64,000 nucleotides of DNA from a virus. Positions 26,791-36,730 of the stretch are shown in pieces. The notes under the pieces are model-generated. The model did no database searches. It was not told where the DNA came from and worked only from the letters and a program-made list of their open reading frames with translations. Each line of letters starts with the position of its first letter. Positions within the stretch are counted from its first letter, which is position 1. The DNA is taken from positions 1 to 64,000 of IMG/VR virus record IMGVR_UViG_3300011115_000716; one strand, 5' to 3'. The translations under genes were made by a program, and so were the position numbers.

Positions 26791-28125
26791 ATGGCTACTA
26801 TTAACAGCCTAATCTCACGTGTTAGAGTTGAACTTGGCGACCTTGGTAAGAGTTTTGTTACCCAGTTTGTTGCGGATGGTTCCACTAACCGTTTTAAGTT
26901 GCACTACGCTCCCCTAGACTCAACTACAGTAACAGTTCAAACTAAGTGGCTATCTAACGGTACTACGTATAATATTACTGCTAACTCTCATATTGAAGAA
27001 TCTACCGGTGTTCTTGTTCTACTTCAAAATGACGGGGTTACTCCTTTAGTTCCTGCTGATGGCGATGAGATTACTGTAACTGGTAGCTACTACAGATACT
27101 TTACTGGTGCGGAACTAACTCAGCTTATTAATGATGCTTTTGTTCAACATTCTTTAAATGCTTTAGACAGCACGGGTCGTAAAGTTACTTTAGATAACTT
27201 GCCAGTTAATGAAGAGTACCCGTTAACTATCTACGCCGTAACTTTAGCTCTGTATACACTAGCTACAGACTCTGCTTTTGATATTGATATTTCTGCTCCA
27301 GATGGCGTAAGCATTCCTCGTTCTGAGCGTTATCGCCAGTTGATGGAAATGGTTCAAACTCGTCAATCTCAATACAGAGAACTTTGTGCTCTTATGGGTA
27401 TTGGGCTATACCGTATTGAGGTATTTGACCTAAATAGAATTTCTAAGATGACTAATCGTCTTATTCCTAGGTATCTTCCTCAAGAAGTTGATGACCGCTC
27501 ATACCCACAGCGTGTCGATATTCCTGCCCCAACTCTTGGTAATAAGCCAACTACTTGGCCTACAGAAGCTGGAGAAGTTACTGCTTATCAGGGCCGTGCG
27601 TTTACAACTTCTCTTACATTTAACGACAACTATGCTGGTAAGACTTTTATTGCCAACCTTCTAAACCAGCGGGGTTCAGTACTTGTAGTTCAGCCGTTTA
27701 CTCTAAGTGTGTCAACAACTGATACAGATGTTATAACAGGTGCAGCTAGAACTTCTGGAAGCACTACTGTAACTATAACTACAAGTGCAGCCCATGGGCT
27801 AATTGCAGGAACTGCTATTGTCATTACTGGTGTTGACGCTACTGTTAATGGTGGTGGTACGGTAGTTGCTGCCCCAACACCTACAACGTTCACCGTTACT
27901 AGCACAGTTACTACTGCTCTTTCTTTGACTGGTCTTACTGGTCAAGTTGAAACTAATGCAGCTAAGAATTACACATTTACATTAAGCTTTACTGCTGACC
28001 AAACATTACGTTTGGCAGAGCGTACCTATTGGTCCCTTTCTACTGTAGATGCATTTACTGCTGCTCAAGTTGAGATTAAGGGCGGAAACTTCTTTACAGT
28101 TCGTAGCAGCACGGTGGTGCTGTAA
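26791..28125 (+). CDS. head-tail adaptor-like protein with beta-rich extensions
   Basis: LISRVRVELGD...FT..EL pattern; position. Confidence 0.6.
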   Translation: MATINSLISRVRVELGDLGKSFVTQFVADGSTNRFKLHYAPLDSTTVTVQTKWLSNGTTYNITANSHIEESTGVLVLLQNDGVTPLVPADGDEITVTGSYYRYFTGAELTQLINDAFVQHSLNALDSTGRKVTLDNLPVNEEYPLTIYAVTLALYTLATDSAFDIDISAPDGVSIPRSERYRQLMEMVQTRQSQYRELCALMGIGLYRIEVFDLNRISKMTNRLIPRYLPQEVDDRSYPQRVDIPAPTLGNKPTTWPTEAGEVTAYQGRAFTTSLTFNDNYAGKTFIANLLNQRGSVLVVQPFTLSVSTTDTDVITGAARTSGSTTVTITTSAAHGLIAGTAIVITGVDATVNGGGTVVAAPTPTTFTVTSTVTTALSLTGLTGQVETNAAKNYTFTLSFTADQTLRLAERTYWSLSTVDAFTAAQVEIKGGNFFTVRSSTVVL

Positions 28126-28126
28126 A

Positions 28127-28552
28127 ATGACTATTTACCCAGAAAAAGATGTTGCTTTACTGCAACAACCAAATGAAACTATTGTAAATTATGATAGCGC
28201 GTATTTTTCTGTTCCTAATGACCAAGCTCAGCCTGAGGTAGATACTGCACTATTGCCAGGTGTTCCTGGGCAACGTGGTCCTGCTGGACCTACTGGACCT
28301 ACTGGACCTACTGGACCTACTGGACCTACTGGTGCTACTGGTGCAACTGGAACTTCAGGTGGTTTTTTAACATTCACACAAAATGCAGTTTCTACTACAT
28401 GGACTATAACTCATGCTCTTGGGTATTACCCAGCGGTTACAACAACTGATTCAGCAAATACAGTAATAGACGGTACAATCTCTTATCCATCTCTAACTTC
28501 AGTAGTAGTAACTTTTGGTATTGCTACCAGCGGCTTTGCTTATCTATCTTAG
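28127..28552 (+). CDS. collagen-repeat fibre protein
   Basis: (GPT)5 GAT GAT; C-terminal WTITHALGYYP...SGFAYL. Confidence 0.8.
   Translation: MTIYPEKDVALLQQPNETIVNYDSAYFSVPNDQAQPEVDTALLPGVPGQRGPAGPTGPTGPTGPTGPTGATGATGTSGGFLTFTQNAVSTTWTITHALGYYPAVTTTDSANTVIDGTISYPSLTSVVVTFGIATSGFAYLS
28285..28350 (+). repeat. 9-bp tandem repeat encoding Gly-X-Thr
   Basis: GGACCTACT x5, then degenerate copies. Confidence 0.85.
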
Positions 28553-28560
28553 GAAAATAA

Positions 28561-29913
28561 ATGGCTAGAAAATTTTTAACCCCAATTGACCTCACTAAAC
28601 TTGAGATTCAAAATGTGGCCCTACAGAACCTTGGCTCAGACCCAGGTACGCCAGCTACTGGTCAAATCTACTTTAATACTGGCGGTTCAGTTAAAGTTTA
28701 CAGCGGCTCTTCTTGGCTAACTCTTAGCACTACTGGTGGAACTGTTACGTCTGTAACTGGTACTTCTCCGGTCGTATCTAGCGGAGGAACTACTCCGGCT
28801 ATCTCTCTAGCTTCTGGTTACGGTGATACCTTAAACCCTTATGCCGCTAAAACAAATAACTACGTTTTGGCTGGTGCTGCTTCTGGTGCCTCAACTACGC
28901 CAACATTCCGCGCTTTAGTTGCTGCTGATATTCCGACCCCCCTTAACGCAACTACTTTTAGCGGCGCTATTGCTATGGGTACCAACAAAATTACTGGGCT
29001 TGGAGACCCTTCAGCTGCTCAAGACGCTGCTACTAAAGCATATGTAGACACTATTGCCACTGGTATTAACGCTCACGAGGCTGTGTCTTACGCTTCAACT
29101 GCAAACATTACAGGAACTTATGCAAACGGTACTGCTGGTGTAGGAGCAACTCTTACAGGAACTGGCTCTCTGGTAATTGATGGGTATACTTTTGTTTCTG
29201 GTGACGCAGGTACAAACGTTGCAGGTGGAACTGGTATTAGAGTCTTATTGAAAGACCAAACCAATACTGACCAAAATGGTATTTACGCCCTAACTGCTTG
29301 TGTTTCTACGACTAGCTGGACACTTACCCGTGCCTATGACTATGACGCCCTTGGTGAAGTAGCCGCTGGTGACTTTACCTATGTGCTTCTTGGAACCGCA
29401 AACACTAAGTTTACTTTTGTTGAAACTAGCAAACCTGCCGCTATTAGCGGTGTTGGCACTGCCCTTAACGCTATTACCTTTGGCGTATTTGCTAACGGTA
29501 ACCTTAGCGGTATTGTAACGGGTACTCAAGGCGGTACTGGCATAAACAATGGTTCTAAAACTATTACTATTAGCGGTAACGTTACTATTGGTTCTAGCAC
29601 AGATACCGTTGCATTTGCAACTGGTGGTGCTACTACCGTAACTTTGCCTACTAGCGGTACTCTACTTACCTCAGCAACTGCTGTTACTGCTGGGTTTACT
29701 AAAAAAGCAGCCAGTACTGTTGCTCTTACAGCAAACACACAGGCTACTATTAACCACGCATTAGGAACTCAAGCAGTTATTGTACAAATGTATGAAACAA
29801 CTTCTAGCCTTCCAACTAATTTAGTGGATATGGACGTGGTAGCATTTGACACAAACAACGTAAAAGTTACTTCTCAAACTGGCGGAACATACTACTACGT
29901 AATTATTGGATAA
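28561..29913 (+). CDS. fibre or decoration protein
   Basis: NKITGLGDP..AQDAATKAYVD, RVLLKDQT...QNGIY; T/G-rich. Confidence 0.75.
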   Translation: MARKFLTPIDLTKLEIQNVALQNLGSDPGTPATGQIYFNTGGSVKVYSGSSWLTLSTTGGTVTSVTGTSPVVSSGGTTPAISLASGYGDTLNPYAAKTNNYVLAGAASGASTTPTFRALVAADIPTPLNATTFSGAIAMGTNKITGLGDPSAAQDAATKAYVDTIATGINAHEAVSYASTANITGTYANGTAGVGATLTGTGSLVIDGYTFVSGDAGTNVAGGTGIRVLLKDQTNTDQNGIYALTACVSTTSWTLTRAYDYDALGEVAAGDFTYVLLGTANTKFTFVETSKPAAISGVGTALNAITFGVFANGNLSGIVTGTQGGTGINNGSKTITISGNVTIGSSTDTVAFATGGATTVTLPTSGTLLTSATAVTAGFTKKAASTVALTANTQATINHALGTQAVIVQMYETTSSLPTNLVDMDVVAFDTNNVKVTSQTGGTYYYVIIG

Positions 29914-29916
29914 TAA

Positions 29917-31425
29917 ATGACTAAAAAGATATTAACTGATTTAGATGCTACTGGGCGTACAATAACTGTCGCTACCCTTACTGGAACCACTGGAACCACA
30001 TTGGCTATTTCACAACCTTCTGTTTCTGCTGCTACTGGCAATGGCATAACAATTACTGGAGGAAGTACCACACTCGCTTCTGGAAGTCCTATTGGCGGTT
30101 CTGTATTAATTACAGGTGGTGCACAGACAAATGGAACAATTTCTTCTGGAACTGGTGGTCCAGTAACTATTACTGGTGGTGCTGGCGGTGCTAACTCTAC
30201 TGGTGGAAGTATCTCTCTAATTGCTGGTGCGTCTGCAGGTGGAAATGGGTCTATTAATATTGGTACATCAAATACTTCTTCCATAAACATTGGACTTACT
30301 TCACCTGCAACAATTACAAACATTTCTGGAACGCTTCAACTTGCTGGAACAGGTTTAACAACTACTGCTTCAAAATTAAACTATTTAACTTCAGCAACAG
30401 GAACAACTGGAACAAATACTACTAACATTGTATTTTCGACATCACCAATTTTTGCGACATCTGTAATTGGTTCTGCATCTATGGATGTATTTAATACTAT
30501 TAGCACAGCAATTAACTTTGGTGGAGCAACAACTGGTACATCAACTTCAACAGGTTTAGTTATTGGTTCTACTGCTACTGGTGCTACATCTTGGACTAAT
30601 ATTGCTACCGCTGCTTTGACAGGTGCTTTTACTAAAAACGTAAATATTGGTACTGGTGGTACAACAGGTTCAACCACAACAATTAATATTGGTTCAACAG
30701 TTGGTTCTACAACTACAATAAATGGAACTGGGACTATGACTGGTGCCTTAGTTCTTGCTCTTGGAACGAACGCTCCATTAATACCTTTAAAATTTCTTAC
30801 CAATACTACAACCCCAACTGCTGTTGCTGGTGGTATGGATTATGACGGAACGGTATTTTATCAAACACCTAATGCAACTTCAGGTAGAGCAGTTGACGTA
30901 GACGCTTATTATTATGCTAATAGTGCTTCATATACCATGGATTTTTCTACAGATGCAACTGCTAAAAGCGTTTTGGGTTCATCTACCGCAGGAATTACAG
31001 TTGCGGCAGGAACAACGTATGAATATGAACTATATTTTACTTTTAGAGGTTCTTATGGGCTCACTGGTGCTCAAACACCTACGTTTGGATTTACTTCAAC
31101 CACGGTAACCCTTTCCCCAGTTGTAGCCTATAACCATTTTATTGAAACGGGCTCTAATACAACAGGATACACAACAGGAACATCTTTAACTGCAACTCAA
31201 ACAACAACGACTAGAGCATTGACAGCCTTGACCGTAGGCTCTGTCTATTATTTTATTAAATCTAGGGGCATTATTAGAGTTACAGGCACAGGAACAGTAA
31301 AAATCTATCCATCAATTTCAGCAAATGCCGCAAATGCTGATAATACTTGGACTTCTCCTGCTGGAACAATTTTTAAATTAACACCAATTGGTAATGGAAC
31401 AGTAACAGCAGTGGGAATTGCGTAA
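29917..31425 (+). CDS. T/G-rich fibre protein
   Basis: GG.V.ITGG and INIG repeats. Confidence 0.75.
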   Translation: MTKKILTDLDATGRTITVATLTGTTGTTLAISQPSVSAATGNGITITGGSTTLASGSPIGGSVLITGGAQTNGTISSGTGGPVTITGGAGGANSTGGSISLIAGASAGGNGSINIGTSNTSSINIGLTSPATITNISGTLQLAGTGLTTTASKLNYLTSATGTTGTNTTNIVFSTSPIFATSVIGSASMDVFNTISTAINFGGATTGTSTSTGLVIGSTATGATSWTNIATAALTGAFTKNVNIGTGGTTGSTTTINIGSTVGSTTTINGTGTMTGALVLALGTNAPLIPLKFLTNTTTPTAVAGGMDYDGTVFYQTPNATSGRAVDVDAYYYANSASYTMDFSTDATAKSVLGSSTAGITVAAGTTYEYELYFTFRGSYGLTGAQTPTFGFTSTTVTLSPVVAYNHFIETGSNTTGYTTGTSLTATQTTTTRALTALTVGSVYYFIKSRGIIRVTGTGTVKIYPSISANAANADNTWTSPAGTIFKLTPIGNGTVTAVGIA

Positions 31426-31475
31426 CAGACTAAGTTAAGCCTCTACTGGGCTAAATAAACATTTAGAATAGGGTT

Positions 31476-32114
31476 ATGCCTAGAAAAACACTCATACAAA
31501 TACGCAGAGACACTTCCTCTAACTGGACATCCATTAATCCAGTACTTGCCAAGGGTGAGTCTGGCCTAGAAACAGATACTAACCGTACAAAAATTGGTAA
31601 TGGAGTATCTACTTGGACTCAGCTTGTGTATCAAAATGTTCCTTTTTATGGAGCATTTCAAGATAACACAACACAAACAATTGCTAGTACTACAGTTGCT
31701 TATGCAGTAAAGCTTACGGAAACAGACTTTAGAAATGGAGTATCTGTTGTTACTAATGGGTCAGCACTTACTAGAATAACGTTTGATTATGCTGGGTTGT
31801 ATAACCTTCAATGGAGTGGTCAGTTTACTAATGCCAATAGTGCTGCTCAAGATGTAACTGTTTGGTTAAGAAAATCTGGTACTGATGTTACAGGAAGTTC
31901 TGGGCACATTACAGTCCCCAGTAAACATGGGTCAGTGCCTGGGGCTACAATTAGCTCTTGGAACTACTTTATACAGGTTACGGCTGGTCAGTATGTAGAG
32001 CTTATCTGGCACGCAGATAGCACTGATGTAGCACTAAGTTATTATGCTACTGGAACTTTGCCAACTACACCAGCAACAGCATCTGTTATTTTAACAGTTC
32101 AGCAAGTAGCCTAA
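31476..32114 (+). CDS. fibre protein with Mtd_N-like N-terminal domain
   Basis: IQIRRDT..NW...NPVLAKGE.GLETDT...KIGNG...W..L.Y; leaderless-looking start (TAGAAT-6-ATG). Confidence 0.75.
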   Translation: MPRKTLIQIRRDTSSNWTSINPVLAKGESGLETDTNRTKIGNGVSTWTQLVYQNVPFYGAFQDNTTQTIASTTVAYAVKLTETDFRNGVSVVTNGSALTRITFDYAGLYNLQWSGQFTNANSAAQDVTVWLRKSGTDVTGSSGHITVPSKHGSVPGATISSWNYFIQVTAGQYVELIWHADSTDVALSYYATGTLPTTPATASVILTVQQVA

Positions 32115-32157
32115 TTAAATTAGCCTTAAAATAAGATTATATAGATAAGGATTTATA

Positions 32158-33120
32158 ATGCCTGCAAATACCGTGATTAAGCTTAGAGCTGGTACTCAAT
32201 CAGAGTGGTCAGCCACATCTAAAACTAAAACACTTACTGGTGCTGCAATAGCCACCCCTAGTGCTACCGTTACAGTTGTGAGGTACACAGCAGCTAGCCA
32301 TAGTTTTGTAGTTGGAAACAGAGTCACTATTACTGGAATTACTGTTTCTAGCGGAAGTGCAACTCCTTATAATATTGCTGGTGGCGTAATTTACGCTGTT
32401 GCTGCTGGTACTTTTGATATTAAAGTTGACCAAGGAACTGTTGCAGGAACATATAGCTCTGGTGGTACGGCAACCCTAGTAGTACTTGCTAAGGGTGAAA
32501 CTGGGTTTATAACTGACTCTAATAGTTTAAAAATTGGAGATGGCAGCAGTGCTTGGGAAGTTCTTCCTTATCCTAATCAACCTATGTACCAACATCTTGG
32601 TACTCTTAAAACTGTTGCTGGAAGTTCAAATGTTCAAAATTTATTTTTGAATAAACTGGCATTAAATGCAAACACTGTTTACTATTTTCAAATTCAAGGC
32701 ACTATAAATGGAATTGATAACACAGTTGGATTAAAGTTTGGGTTTAATCAAACAAGCATGACTGCCTGGACTTATGCAAGGTATAACTGGAATTGCGGCG
32801 TCCGAGCTGCAGTAGGTAGTGGTGGTACTGTTTATTACTCTACTTCAACTAAAACATTTGCTGGAAGCAATGCTGGAAGTGCTGATGCAACCTCAATACT
32901 TGTTGAACTTCTACCTTCCACAGCCATAGACACCGATACAGTATTTTTTACTATTACTGGAACTATTAGAACTGATAATGGAGATTCGTATTTTCAACCA
33001 CAAATCCAATTTACAACTAGTCCCGGAACTGGATTGAGCCTACTTGCTGGAAGCTACGCTATGATTCAACCATTGGGTCCATCTTCAATTGATTCCGTAG
33101 GTAACTGGGTATCTAACTAA
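32158..33120 (+). CDS. fibre protein with interrupted Mtd_N-like domain
   Basis: IKLRAGT..EW [insert] VVLAKGETGFITD...KIGDG...W..LPY. Confidence 0.7.
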   Translation: MPANTVIKLRAGTQSEWSATSKTKTLTGAAIATPSATVTVVRYTAASHSFVVGNRVTITGITVSSGSATPYNIAGGVIYAVAAGTFDIKVDQGTVAGTYSSGGTATLVVLAKGETGFITDSNSLKIGDGSSAWEVLPYPNQPMYQHLGTLKTVAGSSNVQNLFLNKLALNANTVYYFQIQGTINGIDNTVGLKFGFNQTSMTAWTYARYNWNCGVRAAVGSGGTVYYSTSTKTFAGSNAGSADATSILVELLPSTAIDTDTVFFTITGTIRTDNGDSYFQPQIQFTTSPGTGLSLLAGSYAMIQPLGPSSIDSVGNWVSN

Positions 33121-33722
33121 TGCGTGGAAATAAAATCCAAGGTAGATTTGACCTAGATTACGAAACCCTCTCTATGTATGAGGGTATTGCTGAGGATTTA
33201 GGTGGGACAGTAGGTGTTGACGTAGATTGGTGGCGTTGGCAAGACTACTACCTACAAGATAACTACACAACTATTGTTGATGACATCTACGATGTAGGCA
33301 GCTCTGTCACTGGCGGTGGACGTCGGTGGATGCTCCCATTTAAGTTCCCTGTTGTTATGGCACAGTTTGTTCGTGGTACTAACGTAATGAACCAAAGAGG
33401 TTTCTATGTTACAGACACTTTACGACTGGTTATTAGCGCTGGAGATGCAGAACGACTTCTACCTAGTCTTTTAACTAACTCTAACAACCACATTAAAGAC
33501 CGAATAGTATATCGTGGCGAAGTGTTTGTTCCAACCCGAGTTTTGCCACGTGGTTCCTTTGGGTACAACTGGGCTGTAGTGACTATTGACTGCAACCAAA
33601 TGAACGCTGAGGAACTTGTTAATGACCCTCAATTCCTTAAATACGCTACCCCAGCATTGGCTGAGGCTAGAACTATTGGCTATGGTTATGGTGACTATGG
33701 CTCTGACCCTTATGGAGAGTAA
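33120..33722 (+). CDS. head-closure/neck-like protein
   Basis: 200 aa, DRIVYRGEVF; position. Confidence 0.55.
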   Translation: MRGNKIQGRFDLDYETLSMYEGIAEDLGGTVGVDVDWWRWQDYYLQDNYTTIVDDIYDVGSSVTGGGRRWMLPFKFPVVMAQFVRGTNVMNQRGFYVTDTLRLVISAGDAERLLPSLLTNSNNHIKDRIVYRGEVFVPTRVLPRGSFGYNWAVVTIDCNQMNAEELVNDPQFLKYATPALAEARTIGYGYGDYGSDPYGE

Positions 33723-33724
33723 AA

Positions 33725-33940
33725 ATGCCACTTGTTAAACCTACAGTAGGACAGACCGCTTGGGGTACTACCTTAAACACTGCCCTTGATTATTTAGACA
33801 CAAAAGTAGGACCGTGGGTAACAGTGCCTGCAACCGCTACTTCTACTGGAGTTGCAGGCCAAGTAGCCTACGCTTCAGGATTCTTGTACGTATGTGTTGC
33901 AACCAACACCTGGAAAAGAACCGCTTTAACAAGCTGGTAA
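33725..33940 (+). CDS. small fibre-domain protein
   Basis: WG..LN.AL; VPATATSTG.AGQ.AY...FLYVCVATNTWKR.AL. Confidence 0.7.
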   Translation: MPLVKPTVGQTAWGTTLNTALDYLDTKVGPWVTVPATATSTGVAGQVAYASGFLYVCVATNTWKRTALTSW

Positions 33941-33941
33941 T

Positions 33942-34064
33942 ATGCCTTTTCTATCTCAAGCCCAACGTGCATGGATGTACGCTAATAAGCCTAAGATGGC
34001 TAAAGAATGGGAAAAGCATACCAAAAAAAAGAAATTAGTTAAGAAGGTAAAACATGACAACTAA
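33942..34064 (+). CDS. 40-aa basic protein
   Basis: MPFLSQAQRAWMYANKPKMAKEWEKHT... Confidence 0.7.
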   Translation: MPFLSQAQRAWMYANKPKMAKEWEKHTKKKKLVKKVKHDN

Positions 34065-34212
34065 ACACGTTAAAATTGCTAAACCTAAGACTTCCCGTCC
34101 TAAAAAAAATGGTAAGGCTCCTGTGACAGTTAAGGCTCATCACACTGCTAAAGTTGCTAAAATTAAAGGCAAGAAACCTGTAAATACTAAGTCTAACTAC
34201 GGAGTAAACTAA
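34054..34212 (+). CDS. 52-aa Lys-rich protein
   Basis: SD AAGG; MTTKHVKIAKPKTSRPKK...; TAATG coupling to the next ORF. Confidence 0.6.
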   Translation: MTTKHVKIAKPKTSRPKKNGKAPVTVKAHHTAKVAKIKGKKPVNTKSNYGVN

Positions 34213-34346
34213 TGCCACGTAAAGCTAAAACTAACGAAACAAATACTAAGGACCACATTGGACGTGGAGGAAAAACTGTTCTTCCTAGACATGCCGGTAA
34301 GATAACAAAGCCCGCTAAGCACATGGGAACTCGAAAGGGTAGATAA
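34212..34346 (+). CDS. 44-aa basic protein
   Basis: MPRKAKTNETNTKDHIGRGGK...; TAATG at both ends. Confidence 0.6.
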   Translation: MPRKAKTNETNTKDHIGRGGKTVLPRHAGKITKPAKHMGTRKGR

Positions 34347-34651
34347 TGGCTACTCCAGCATGGACTCGTAAAGAAGGTAAAAACCCTAAAGGCGGACTAA
34401 ATGCCAAGGGACGCGCATCTGCAAAAGCAAGTGGGCATAACCTTAAAGCTCCAGTGAAGAGCGGAAACAACCCTCGTAGAGCCTCTTTCCTGGCCCGTAT
34501 GGCGGGTAATCCTGGACCTGAACACAAGCCTAACGGAGAGCCTACACGCCTCCTACTGTCCTTACAGGCCTGGGGGGCATCATCTAAGGCCGATGCACGT
34601 AAGAAAGCTGCAGCTATCCGTAAGCATAATGAAGGTAAGAAACATGGCTAA
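34346..34651 (+). CDS. basic protein (DUF6321-like)
   Basis: AWTRKEGKNPKGGLNAKGRAS...RRASFLARM...SLQAW. Confidence 0.75.
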   Translation: MATPAWTRKEGKNPKGGLNAKGRASAKASGHNLKAPVKSGNNPRRASFLARMAGNPGPEHKPNGEPTRLLLSLQAWGASSKADARKKAAAIRKHNEGKKHG

Positions 34652-34901
34652 AGTAACCGCTGGTGGCCTAAAGCACAGAGTTACTAAGAAAAAAGAAGAC
34701 CGTGGTGCGGGTGATAGAGGCGACATAATTGTTGAACAAACCAGTGAGTCTGGTAAAAAAGAACGTATGAATCTTACTAGACTTGCAGGAGCTAAAACTG
34801 TAAAACAGGGTGTAAAAGCTACTAAGGCTTATCACAAAAAACACCCTGAGATTGGTAAAGGTAAGCGTAATGGCCGCAAAACCACCAGCAAAAAAAAGTA
34901 A
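34644..34901 (+). CDS. basic hypothetical protein
   Basis: SD GAAGG, ATG 34644. Confidence 0.65.
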   Translation: MAKVTAGGLKHRVTKKKEDRGAGDRGDIIVEQTSESGKKERMNLTRLAGAKTVKQGVKATKAYHKKHPEIGKGKRNGRKTTSKKK

Positions 34902-35070
34902 ATCTAAGGTTAATGAAGCTGGCAACTACACCAAGCCCGAGCTTCGTAAGTCATTGTTTAAAAAGATTAAAGCCGGTACTAAGGGCGGTGACCCAGGCGA
35001 ATGGTCTGCCCGTAAGGCACAACTTCTAGCTGCTGAGTATAAGAAGGCTGGCGGAGGCTACAAGAACTAA
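34870..35070 (+). CDS. basic protein (DUF5872-like, N part)
   Basis: NYTKPELRK..F..IKAG.KGG.PGEWSARKAQLLA.EYKKAGGGY. Confidence 0.75.
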   Translation: MAAKPPAKKSKSKVNEAGNYTKPELRKSLFKKIKAGTKGGDPGEWSARKAQLLAAEYKKAGGGYKN

Positions 35071-35306
35071 TGGCTAAAGCAAAACCTCAACAAGACTTAG
35101 ACAAGTGGACTAAGGAAAAATGGAGAACCTCAGATGGTAAGCCGTCTAAGGGTAAAAAGCGCTATCTTCCTTCAGCTGCTTGGAATGACCTGACTCCTGC
35201 TGAAAAACGTGCTACAAATAGAGCTAAGGCTAAAGGAAACAAAAAAGGTAAGCAGTTTGTTGCTCAGCCAAAGAAAATTGCTAGGAAGACAGCGAGACAC
35301 AGATAA
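35070..35306 (+). CDS. basic protein (DUF5872-like, C part)
   Basis: QQDL.KWTKEKWRT.DGKPS...RYLP..AW..L...EK..TN.AK. Confidence 0.75.
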   Translation: MAKAKPQQDLDKWTKEKWRTSDGKPSKGKKRYLPSAAWNDLTPAEKRATNRAKAKGNKKGKQFVAQPKKIARKTARHR

Positions 35307-35587
35307 TGGCAGAGACCAAGAAATTTGGCCCATACAAGGGCTCTAAGGCTAATGGAGGCCGTCCTATCTATGTCTATAAGACTAAGGGCAAAGACGGTAA
35401 ATGGCACACTACAAGCAAAAATAAAGCTCGTGCTGAGTATGAAGAGAAAAACGGCAAATTACCCCGTAATGTTGACGTAGACCACAAAAATAATAAACAT
35501 GCTGATGACCGTAAATCTAATCTGCGTCCTTTGAAGCATGGAAAGAACACCGCTAAAGAAAACAAGCGGAGAGCGGGAAAGAAATAA
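35306..35587 (+). CDS. small HNH-motif protein
   Basis: DVDHKNN...DD...NLR.....N. Confidence 0.7.
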   Translation: MAETKKFGPYKGSKANGGRPIYVYKTKGKDGKWHTTSKNKARAEYEEKNGKLPRNVDVDHKNNKHADDRKSNLRPLKHGKNTAKENKRRAGKK

Positions 35588-35850
35588 TGGCTAAAAATCC
35601 AAAAGAACTACGTAAGGTAGAAAAAACTGGAGCGGCTAGAGTTCGTGCCGCGGATAAAAACAAAGACCCACGTAAAGTTCCAGGGATGAAAGCTTATAAA
35701 GCGGTATCTAATAAGCCTGGTAAAAAGGGATTAAAGTATGACACCGCTCTTATGAAGGGTCAAGATAAAGAAATTGCTAAGACATCAAAACGTACAGGGC
35801 CCTTCTCTTCTCCTGTAGCTAAAAAGAAAACTGTTCCAGGAAAGAAATAA
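35587..35850 (+). CDS. basic hypothetical protein
   Basis: 87 aa, K-rich, TAATG coupling. Confidence 0.65.
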   Translation: MAKNPKELRKVEKTGAARVRAADKNKDPRKVPGMKAYKAVSNKPGKKGLKYDTALMKGQDKEIAKTSKRTGPFSSPVAKKKTVPGKK

Positions 35851-36425
35851 TGTCTAGACAACCTAATCAAGCAGATAGAGATTTCTTAAATGTAGTGGGC
35901 ACTAAGTTAGACACAGCTAAAGGCGATAGGCAACTAACCTCTGGTATGCCTAACCCAAACAGGACACCAATTACTCGAAAAGGACTAGCTAAAGTCTATA
36001 CCCGTTTTGCTGGAGCAAACCATGGAACTGACCTTGCTTTGCAGAAAACTGCTGAAATGCTTGGTGGAGAAGACAAGATTCATGAGGCTCAGCAAAGGAG
36101 TGCTCAAAGCAAAGAAGCTTTAAGAAAAAGCATTGATACTTGGAGAGCTAGTGGAGGAGACTCTGGTCCAGTATCACGTGTTTTACGTAGAGCTGTTGGA
36201 CTTCCTGCTTCTAGACTTGAGGCTGCAGCACGAGAAGGTGTGGTTCAAGGATATCAAGGAACTGCCGGATTCATGGAGGATGCTGCCCGTGCGGGCAGTA
36301 GTGACGCCGTGATTATAGGAAACCTACGTCCTGAGCAATTTGAAGAGACAGTAAACAAGCAACGTGGTAGATTTAAACTAGCTAAAGAGCAGGCCATTGG
36401 TCCTGACGGTAAAAGGAACAGATAA
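35850..36425 (+). CDS. hypothetical protein
   Basis: 191 aa, TAATG coupling. Confidence 0.7.
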   Translation: MSRQPNQADRDFLNVVGTKLDTAKGDRQLTSGMPNPNRTPITRKGLAKVYTRFAGANHGTDLALQKTAEMLGGEDKIHEAQQRSAQSKEALRKSIDTWRASGGDSGPVSRVLRRAVGLPASRLEAAAREGVVQGYQGTAGFMEDAARAGSSDAVIIGNLRPEQFEETVNKQRGRFKLAKEQAIGPDGKRNR

Positions 36426-36484
36426 TGAACGAATGTAAATGCGGCAACTGCGGTTGCGGAAAGAAGGAACCAAATGGCAACTAA
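36425..36484 (+). CDS. 19-aa Cys-rich micropeptide
   Basis: MNECKCGNCGCGKKEPNGN; TAATG coupling; contains the SD of the next gene. Confidence 0.45.
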   Translation: MNECKCGNCGCGKKEPNGN

Positions 36485-36728
36485 GAAGTGTGGCTGTGGT
36501 AAGTGTGCAGCATGTAAGAAGTCTAAGATGGGCAAGAAGATGCCTCCTTGGATTGGTTCTAAAGAAGACAAGAAGCAAGATAAGAAGCTTGAAAAGGGTA
36601 TGACCCCTGCTCAGAAGAAGCGTTTTGAAGCTGCTGACAAGAAGATGGACGCTAAGAAGCCTTCTAAGAAGGAAGACATCAAGAAGGACAAGGCTCTAGC
36701 AGCTCGTATTAAAGGAAAGAAGAAGTAA
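36474..36728 (+). CDS. Lys-rich protein with CxCxxCxxC N terminus
   Basis: MATKKCGCGKCAACKK...; SD AAGGA. Confidence 0.7.
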   Translation: MATKKCGCGKCAACKKSKMGKKMPPWIGSKEDKKQDKKLEKGMTPAQKKRFEAADKKMDAKKPSKKEDIKKDKALAARIKGKKK

Positions 36729-36730
36729 AA

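Noticed and set aside
28285-28350. Tandem repeat as a regulatory or phase-variable element
   Set aside because: In-frame collagen Gly-X-Y coding repeat
31476-33120. Diversity-generating retroelement targeting the Mtd_N fibres
   Set aside because: No reverse transcriptase and no template/variable repeat pair seen in the window
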